A program made the position numbers and the translations under genes. The notes beneath the pieces are model-generated. The model was not told where the DNA came from and did not search any database. It saw nothing but the letters and a program-made list of their open reading frames with translations. A DNA stretch of 33,110 nt from a virus (taxonomy: Duplodnaviria > Caudoviricetes). Shown one piece after another: positions 26,770 through 33,110 of this stretch (position 1 is the first letter of the stretch; every line of letters starts with the position of its first letter). The stretch covers positions 1-33,110 of the IMG/VR virus record IMGVR_UViG_3300025018_002059. One strand, given 5' to 3'.

Positions 26770-27639
26770 ATGACGACGCTTATAGTAGGTGAGATTTCTT
26801 TTCTTGGGGCTTCGATTGCTTTAGCACTGAGGTACCTAGGGGAAGACGTAGTTCTGTACGGCCCAGCGAGGTCAGACTCTCTGCCTCCTGGCATCCCCGC
26901 GGTGATTGGGGAAGTACCTAGCCACTCTAATCTAGGGTCAGTGGTATACAAGCACCGCCCGGAGAGGCTTGTATATGTGCCTACGAAAGCCCGAGACTCT
27001 AAGGGGGCTTACATAGAGGAAGAGGACTTCAAGCAGCTGACAGCGTCAGCCTCGTCTCTGGTGTCCCTACTAAGCACGTTTAACATTCCAGCGGTATCTA
27101 TGGTAAGTTCCTACGATGTTTTTGGGCGCGGGCGCGCAAAGGCAATGGCCAGCAGTACGGTTCCTCTGCCAACTACGCTGCGTGGACACGCCCTTCGTCT
27201 ACTGGAGGGAACAGTAGCTCACTTATCACAGTCTTCCAATGTACTTCGTATTGGGGAAGTCTTTGGGCAGACCAAGCAGCTTGGCCTATCACCTGTAAAC
27301 ACTATTATCGAGGCACTAGTACACACCGGCCGTGTAGGTATTTTAGACGCGGACCGCACGCTAGACGTATATCCTGTAGACCTCATTGCCGCTGTGATAG
27401 CGGAAGAAGTGCTAGCAGGAAGCTCTGGGATTTCACACCTAAGCTCTGCTTCACCAGTAAGTCTTCTGTCTCTTGGTAAGCGTGTGGCAAAGGTGTGTGG
27501 CTTGCCGGCTTCGGCTGTTCTGCAGAGCAAGCGGGGTGTATTGCCCAATGCACGTTTAGCTGGGGATATAGTGCTGGGCCACTCGCTCGAGCTTATCACG
27601 AGCATCATCTCTATGGTAGAGTCTTTAAGGAGTGAGTAA
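26770..27639 (+). CDS. Degenerate extended SDR (epimerase/dehydratase fold, catalytic motif lost)
   Basis: LIVGEISFLG, MVSSYDVFG and VLRIGEVFG are retained; the expected YxxxK position reads RGHAL. Confidence 0.65.
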   Translation: MTTLIVGEISFLGASIALALRYLGEDVVLYGPARSDSLPPGIPAVIGEVPSHSNLGSVVYKHRPERLVYVPTKARDSKGAYIEEEDFKQLTASASSLVSLLSTFNIPAVSMVSSYDVFGRGRAKAMASSTVPLPTTLRGHALRLLEGTVAHLSQSSNVLRIGEVFGQTKQLGLSPVNTIIEALVHTGRVGILDADRTLDVYPVDLIAAVIAEEVLAGSSGISHLSSASPVSLLSLGKRVAKVCGLPASAVLQSKRGVLPNARLAGDIVLGHSLELITSIISMVESLRSE

Positions 27640-29564
27640 TGGATACTGACAGCCACGTTTATTTGCCACCTCCCAGCTACCTATATATCAGGGACCAGAA
27701 AGGCCTCCGTGAGGCTGTGGACGCTTTGAAAGGCCACACAGTACTGGCGGTAGATACTGAAACGTCAGGCCTCAGTCCTCACCACGATGCCCTTTTCTTG
27801 GTACAAATTGCCGCCGGCGATTTAGCGTACGTGTTTGACGTTAGGTCGCTCGTAGACTTGTCACCACTAAAGGAAGTGTTAGAAGACAGTATGGTAACGA
27901 AGGTTCTGCAGAACGCCAAGTTCGATTATAAGATGCTAAAGCAGCTCGCCGGTATCACACTGAATAATATGTTTTGTACGATGCTCGCCGAGCGTGTGTT
28001 GACTACAGGTATTACACCTCGTCCGTCCACGAGCTTAGTCGCCCTAGTCAAGAAATACCTTGGGGTAACATTACTCAAAGAGGTACGTGCCTCCTTTCAT
28101 GATAAGGGCGCGTACAGGGGGGAGTTCGGTGACGCGGAGCTGGAATATGCTGCTAACGATGCTTTGGTGCTAGTTCCCATCGCGGAATCGCAGATGCAGG
28201 AGCTTATGGATGTCGGTCTGCTCCCTACTGCAACATTAGAGTTCTCCACACTACCAGTAGTTGGTGACATGGAGCTTACCGGCTGTCGTATAGACCAGAA
28301 GATGTGGGAAGAAACTATTGACAAGATTGCCCACGACAGGGAGCAGGCCTCAGTGCAGGTGCTGAAGCAGATGGCGAACGTAGTGCCCCAAAATAGCTTG
28401 TTCGGACTTCCTGTTGTGAACATAGGAAGCCATTCACAGGTATTGACTACCCTACTTAAGATGGGCGTTAGAGAGTCGTCTGGCGAGCCTATAAAGGACA
28501 CTAGCGAAGACACGCTGTCCAGGGTTGCTAAGAAACACTCGGTCTGTGAAACACTACTTCAATATCGTGCGTTAGACAAACTGGTTTCTGCTTACGGTAC
28601 TAGTTTTTTGAATAAGGTTGATAAGGGGACAGGGCGTCTGCACGCCAACTTCAACCAACTCCGCGCAGATACAGGGCGCAGTTCTTCTTCCGGGCCAAAC
28701 CTTCAACAGATTCCTTCCTTTACCTACCCCAAGAACTTTGATGAGTACGTATTAGCAGAAGGCTACAAGGCTAGGTATGAATTTACGGATGATGAGGGGA
28801 AGCTTAAGACTGTAACCGTAGCCGACCTGCGTAAGTGTTTCATCCCCACCGAGGGGTACAAGTACGTAGGTGCTGACTACAGCCAGCAAGAGTTGCGCGT
28901 TTTGGCTGATGCCTCTGATGACCCAATCTTTATGAAGGCGTACCTCAACAACGAGGACATCCATACTAACACAGCCGCTATGATTTACGACGTCGCTGTG
29001 TCTGCTGTGACCAAGTCCCAACGCCGTGTAGCTAAGACACTGAACTTCGCCCTAATCTACGGCGCAGGTGCGTGGAAGATTGCACAGACTCTGGGAATTG
29101 AAGAGGACGAGGCCGAGAAGCTCATCGCCAAGTACTTCAGAATTTACTCCAACGTGAAGGCGTTCATGGCAGCCAAAGCGGCGTTTGCCATCAAGAACGG
29201 CTACAGCCTAACAGTCAATGGGCGCCGTCGGTACTACAAGATGCCAAACCCGACCGAAGCCACGTACAAGCAGGATGTTGGTAAGATTAAGCGCCAGGCT
29301 GCCAACGGCTATATTCAAGGAAGTAGTGCCGATGTTACTAAGCTAGCCTTGGTCTACACCCATGACTTCATTCGTGAGAAGAAGCTTGATTCTAAGATTA
29401 TCATGGTGGTCCACGACGAGATTATTACGGAAACTCGGGCCGACCAGGCCGACGAGATGGCCCGCGGCCTCGAGGACTGCATGGTAAGGGGATTTTCCTA
29501 TTTTTTCAAGAAGGTACCTATGCTCGTAGACGCGTCGATTTCTGATTTTTGGACAAAAGACTAG
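27639..29564 (+). CDS. polA: Family A DNA polymerase with 3'-5' exonuclease, no 5'-3' exonuclease domain
   Basis: Exo motifs DTET, QNAKFD, YAAND; TGRSSS..PNLQQIP; motif A DYSQQELR; motif B RRVAKTLNFALIYG; motif C VHDE. Confidence 0.96.
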   Translation: MDTDSHVYLPPPSYLYIRDQKGLREAVDALKGHTVLAVDTETSGLSPHHDALFLVQIAAGDLAYVFDVRSLVDLSPLKEVLEDSMVTKVLQNAKFDYKMLKQLAGITLNNMFCTMLAERVLTTGITPRPSTSLVALVKKYLGVTLLKEVRASFHDKGAYRGEFGDAELEYAANDALVLVPIAESQMQELMDVGLLPTATLEFSTLPVVGDMELTGCRIDQKMWEETIDKIAHDREQASVQVLKQMANVVPQNSLFGLPVVNIGSHSQVLTTLLKMGVRESSGEPIKDTSEDTLSRVAKKHSVCETLLQYRALDKLVSAYGTSFLNKVDKGTGRLHANFNQLRADTGRSSSSGPNLQQIPSFTYPKNFDEYVLAEGYKARYEFTDDEGKLKTVTVADLRKCFIPTEGYKYVGADYSQQELRVLADASDDPIFMKAYLNNEDIHTNTAAMIYDVAVSAVTKSQRRVAKTLNFALIYGAGAWKIAQTLGIEEDEAEKLIAKYFRIYSNVKAFMAAKAAFAIKNGYSLTVNGRRRYYKMPNPTEATYKQDVGKIKRQAANGYIQGSSADVTKLALVYTHDFIREKKLDSKIIMVVHDEIITETRADQADEMARGLEDCMVRGFSYFFKKVPMLVDASISDFWTKD

Positions 29565-29622
29565 CTTACGAGCGCTCGCGCTAGTCCTATATGTAGATAA
29601 CCAACTAAGAGGCGGCCATCAA

Positions 29623-30207
29623 TTGACAAGCACACGAAGCCAACTATTACACGATTTGAAGCTCGGTAAGTTGGAAGGCGAGGAGCCCGTTCGCGCGCTG
29701 CTGCTGGACACTTTTGGGGCGATATGTGAGAACGTGGGGGACCAGCGCCTTGGGTGGGACCTGGAAGTTACTGAGTTTGACGGCTCTAAGCTAGGGTTAA
29801 CGGACAAGGCGGCCAGCAAAGTGTTCGCTGATTTCACCAAGAGGTTTGGTCGAACTATAGAGGTAAAGAGGGATAAGACATCCGATAGGACAGGAAATTT
29901 GTACTGGGAGGTGTGGTCTAACAAAAGGCTCACCAACGCCGGGTGCATCTTTGAGAGTAAAGCGGACACGATTGTGTATGTCCGCAAAGCAGAGTTCGTG
30001 TTTCTTAATAGGGCCAAGCTACTCAGCTGGTTCTTTGAATCAACCTTTTTGCGTACCGAGGTGTCTGACGTCTGTAGGTCTAAAACGTTTCGCAGTAGCA
30101 GGGAGCGTTTGATGTCGGCCTCTAACAACAGAGACGTAGAAGGTATTCTCCTGCCAGTAGAGTTAGTCAAGGACTCGCCGGCGTGCTTTTTTATCGTAGC
30201 ACGATAA
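29623..30207 (+). CDS. Putative PD-(D/E)XK nuclease-fold phage protein
   Basis: GE, WD, IEVKRD, TGNLYWE, SKAD motif order. TTG start is uncertain. Confidence 0.6.
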   Translation: MTSTRSQLLHDLKLGKLEGEEPVRALLLDTFGAICENVGDQRLGWDLEVTEFDGSKLGLTDKAASKVFADFTKRFGRTIEVKRDKTSDRTGNLYWEVWSNKRLTNAGCIFESKADTIVYVRKAEFVFLNRAKLLSWFFESTFLRTEVSDVCRSKTFRSSRERLMSASNNRDVEGILLPVELVKDSPACFFIVAR

Positions 30208-30244
30208 CCACCACACCACTGTAATTCAGAAAGAGGCTATAACT

Positions 30245-32101
30245 ATGGAAATTTCAGGCCAAATCCTGTCAGATGTTACGACGTACATGAAGTATGCCAA
30301 ATACTTACCCGACGCTAGGCGTAGAGAGACGTGGGAAGAGATAATCACTCGTAATAAGCTGATGCACCTGAAGAAGTTCCCCCAGCTTGCGGAAGACATC
30401 GAAGCTGCGTACAAGTATGTGTACGATAAGCAGGTTCTTCCATCTATGCGCAGCGCACAGTTTGCTGGGAAGCCGATTGAAATCAACCCCTCTAGGGTTT
30501 TCAATTGTGCATATACGGCGATTGATGACTGGCAGGTTTTCTCTGAGATTATGTTTTTGCTGCTCGGCGGTACAGGTGTAGGCTACAGTGTTCAAAGGCA
30601 CCATATTGAGAAGCTTCCTGTAGTCAAAGGGCCTATGAAGAGGTCTAGGCGCTACCTTATCGGTGACTCTATTGAGGGCTGGGCAGACGCCATCAAAGTG
30701 CTGATGAAGGCATACTTCTTTGGTAACTCGAATCCGATGTTTGACTATTCTGATATCAGAGACAAGGGCGCTCCCCTCATCACCACAGGGGGCAGGGCAC
30801 CTGGGCCGCAGCCTCTAAAAGACTGCATCCACAACATCAGGAAAGTTTTGGACGCCAAGGAAGAGGGCACTAAGCTAGAGCCTATCGAGGCGCACGATAT
30901 CATTTGCTACATCGCAGATGCCGTCTTGTCTGGCGGGGTTCGTCGCGCCGCTTGCCTGGCCCTGTTTTCTATAGATGATGACGATATGATGTCTTGCAAG
31001 TTCGGTAACTGGTGGGAGAAGAACCCTCAGCGCGCTCGTGCCAACAATTCTGTGATGGTACTGCGCCATATGATTTCTGAGGACCGCTTCTGGGCGCTCT
31101 GGGATAAGGTTAGGCTGAGCGGCTCCGGCGAGCCAGGCATCTACTTTTCGAATGATATGGAAGTAGGAACGAACCCCTGCGCGGAGATTTCGCTGAAGAA
31201 CAACCAATTTTGTAATTTGACTAGCGTCAACGTGTCTAACGTTACCTCCCAGAAGGACTTGGATAACCGCGTGCGCGCCGCAGCGTTTATTGGTACACTC
31301 CAGGCGTCGTATACGAACTTCCACTACTTACGTGACGTATGGCAACGCAATACCGAGAAGGATGCTTTGCTAGGTGTGAGTATGACTGGCATCGCAAGCG
31401 GTAAGGTGATGCGCTACAACCTCGAGGAAGCTGCGAAGGTAGTAGTTGAAGAGAACCACCGCGTTGCTGACCTCATCGGAATCAATAGGGCTGCACGTGC
31501 TACAGCTATTAAGCCCGAAGGCACTGCAAGCCTTGTCGTTGGCTCCTCTAGTGGTATTCACGCGTGGCATGCTCCGTACTATATTAGACGTATCCGAGTG
31601 AACAAGAAGGAGGCCATCTACAGCTACCTGAAGGAAAATATTCCAGAGCTAGTTGAGGACGAGTACTTCAAGCCGCACCTAGAGGCAGTTATCTCGTTTC
31701 CGGTCAAGGCGCCCAAGGGCTCCGCGTTTAGGGATGAGCCTGCACTAGATTTGTTGAACCGGGTAAAGAAGTTCAGTATGGAATGGATTAAGCCTGGCTA
31801 CACTAAGGGCTCTAATAATCACAATGTCTCTGCCACAATCTCTGTTAAGGAGGGTGAGTGGGTAAAGGTGGGGCAGTGGATGTGGGACAACAGGAGCTTC
31901 TACAATGGACTTACAGTTCTTCCCTTCGATGGTGGTTCGTATGTGCAGGCACCATTCGAGGACTGCTCCAAAGACAAGTATGACGAGCTGATGGGATATG
32001 TGAAAGCCCTGGATTTGACACAGATTGGTGAAGCAGACGACCAGACGTCCCACAAGGAAATTCTAGCCTGTAGTGGCGGCGCCTGCGAGATTTCGTTCTA
32101 A
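30245..32101 (+). CDS. nrdJ: Class II (adenosylcobalamin-dependent) ribonucleotide reductase
   Basis: NCA, GTGVG, VRRAA, GEPG, TNPCAEI, FCNL, IKPEGT, C-terminal CSGGAC; no beta-subunit gene adjacent. Confidence 0.92.
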   Translation: MEISGQILSDVTTYMKYAKYLPDARRRETWEEIITRNKLMHLKKFPQLAEDIEAAYKYVYDKQVLPSMRSAQFAGKPIEINPSRVFNCAYTAIDDWQVFSEIMFLLLGGTGVGYSVQRHHIEKLPVVKGPMKRSRRYLIGDSIEGWADAIKVLMKAYFFGNSNPMFDYSDIRDKGAPLITTGGRAPGPQPLKDCIHNIRKVLDAKEEGTKLEPIEAHDIICYIADAVLSGGVRRAACLALFSIDDDDMMSCKFGNWWEKNPQRARANNSVMVLRHMISEDRFWALWDKVRLSGSGEPGIYFSNDMEVGTNPCAEISLKNNQFCNLTSVNVSNVTSQKDLDNRVRAAAFIGTLQASYTNFHYLRDVWQRNTEKDALLGVSMTGIASGKVMRYNLEEAAKVVVEENHRVADLIGINRAARATAIKPEGTASLVVGSSSGIHAWHAPYYIRRIRVNKKEAIYSYLKENIPELVEDEYFKPHLEAVISFPVKAPKGSAFRDEPALDLLNRVKKFSMEWIKPGYTKGSNNHNVSATISVKEGEWVKVGQWMWDNRSFYNGLTVLPFDGGSYVQAPFEDCSKDKYDELMGYVKALDLTQIGEADDQTSHKEILACSGGACEISF

Positions 32102-32116
32102 AGACGTGTATTGTTT

Positions 32117-33110
32117 ATGAGACGTACCTATAGGAACTGCCTCGCCGCTGCTAACCCTAAGTTAGCAGCGGAGTGGTGTTACCATAAAAACCAAGGTTTA
32201 ACGCCAACTGATGTCACCACGGGCTCTCATAAAAAAGTTTGGTGGGTTTGTGCAAGGGGGCATAGCTGGAGGACCACCGTTAAAGATAGGTTCCGTGGGA
32301 GGGGCTGCCCGTATTGCTCAGGAAGAAAGGCATCAACAGAAACAAGCATCGCCTTTATAAAACCGCTTTTGGCATCCGAATGGCATCCAACGAAAAATTT
32401 AGGTTTAACACCAGCCGATGTTACCAAAGGCTGTAATAAGAAAGTGTGGTGGCAGTGTGGCACGAGGCACGAATGGGAAGAGTGTGTTTTTAATAGGTTC
32501 AGGGGGAGTGGCTGCCCGTACTGTGCTGGGAAAAGAGCCCTCCCGGAGACTTGCTTAGCTGCCGCAGACCCTCAGCTGGCAAGGCAGTGGCACCCGGCGA
32601 AAAACAAGGGTGTAAGTCCAGCTGATATTACACCTGGCTCGGATTTTAATGCCTGGTGGTTTTGTGAGCAGGGACACGAGTGGCGCACGGCTGTAGAAAG
32701 GCGTACAAGAGGCGACGGTTGCCCCTATTGTTCGGGACACAGGGTTTGTCAAGACAACAGCCTTGCAGCCTCTAATCCTGGACTTGCAGTTGAGTGGCAC
32801 CCGACGAAAAACGGCGCCTTGGCCCCTAATACGGTTACTAAAAGTTCAAGCAAGAAAGCCTGGTGGCGATGTTCCGAGGGGCACGACTGGGAAGCTATTA
32901 TTAACGACAGGTCCAGGGGCACTGGATGTCCGTACTGCTCTGGAGGCCCGATATCAAGGATTTCTCAAGAATGGCTCGACTCGCTGGGGATTCCAGAAGA
33001 GTTTCGGGAGTACCCGATAAAGCTTCCCGGTAGAAAGCGGGCAATTAAGGTTGATGGGTTCGACCCGAAGACGAACACGGTCTACGAGTTTCTCGGGGAT
33101 TTCTGGCACG
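32117..33110 (+). CDS. Zinc-ribbon array (4 repeats) + endonuclease, copy 3, 3'-truncated
   Basis: Not in the ORF track because no stop lies in the window. Manual translation from ATG 32117: MRRTYRNCLAAANPKLAAEW..., four H.W...R....CPYC units, then QEWLDSLGIPEEFREYPIKLPGRKRAIKVDGFDPKTNTVYEFLGDFWH. Confidence 0.85.
   Translation, partial: MRRTYRNCLAAANPKLAAEWCYHKNQGLTPTDVTTGSHKKVWWVCARGHSWRTTVKDRFRGRGCPYCSGRKASTETSIAFIKPLLASEWHPTKNLGLTPADVTKGCNKKVWWQCGTRHEWEECVFNRFRGSGCPYCAGKRALPETCLAAADPQLARQWHPAKNKGVSPADITPGSDFNAWWFCEQGHEWRTAVERRTRGDGCPYCSGHRVCQDNSLAASNPGLAVEWHPTKNGALAPNTVTKSSSKKAWWRCSEGHDWEAIINDRSRGTGCPYCSGGPISRISQEWLDSLGIPEEFREYPIKLPGRKRAIKVDGFDPKTNTVYEFLGDFWH

Noticed and set aside
27623-27634. 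CTTTAAGGAGTG before polA matches the copy 1 endonuclease end
   Set aside because: Only 12 nt, mostly the SD itself, with no upstream VFIWE-coding similarity.
837-29564. TAG recoding (alternative genetic code)
   Set aside because: Conserved proteins (DnaN, DnaB, PolA) are full-length, end at TAG where expected, and are followed by SD and start codons. There is no fragmentation under the standard code.
5119-32101. Inteins or introns in recA, dnaB, polA, nrdJ
   Set aside because: Normal lengths, continuous frames, and no intein terminal motifs.
246-32800. The many minus-strand and alternative-frame ORFs in the track
   Set aside because: They overlap well-supported + strand genes and show no recognisable motifs; treated as shadow ORFs.
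32763-33020. ORF-track + strand 85-aa ORF
   Set aside because: Out of frame within the real gene starting at 32117.

Overview
A gene-dense segment with every credible gene on the + strand, most consistent with a large tailed dsDNA phage. Spanin-like genes suggest a diderm host. Left to right: the 3' end of a probable tail/structural gene and an Ala/Ser-rich repeat protein; a replication/recombination block (beta clamp, RecA, Vsr/DUF559-like nuclease, DnaB, primase, SSB, DnaJ, RuvC, Cas4/RecB-like nuclease) interrupted by a holin/spanin-like trio; a 15-gene, ~12 kb glycan island (6 glycosyltransferases, 6 SAM methyltransferases, 2 SDRs, 1 CX5R phosphatase) coupled to a family A DNA polymerase; a PD-(D/E)XK protein; and a class II ribonucleotide reductase. 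Three related zinc-ribbon-array + endonuclease genes are inserted between core genes. One is missing from the ORF track (32117 to the window end), and there is also a frameshifted remnant of a fourth 3' end. Best leads: (1) this variable-array/constant-nuclease family, whose 3' end doubles as a ribosome-binding site for the next gene; (2) the glycan island; (3) a QNSLF clamp-binding motif in PolA alongside a phage beta clamp; (4) apparent total absence of GATC; (5) a leader mini-ORF and hairpin ahead of the putative holin. All family calls are from motif recognition by eye; no database search was run.
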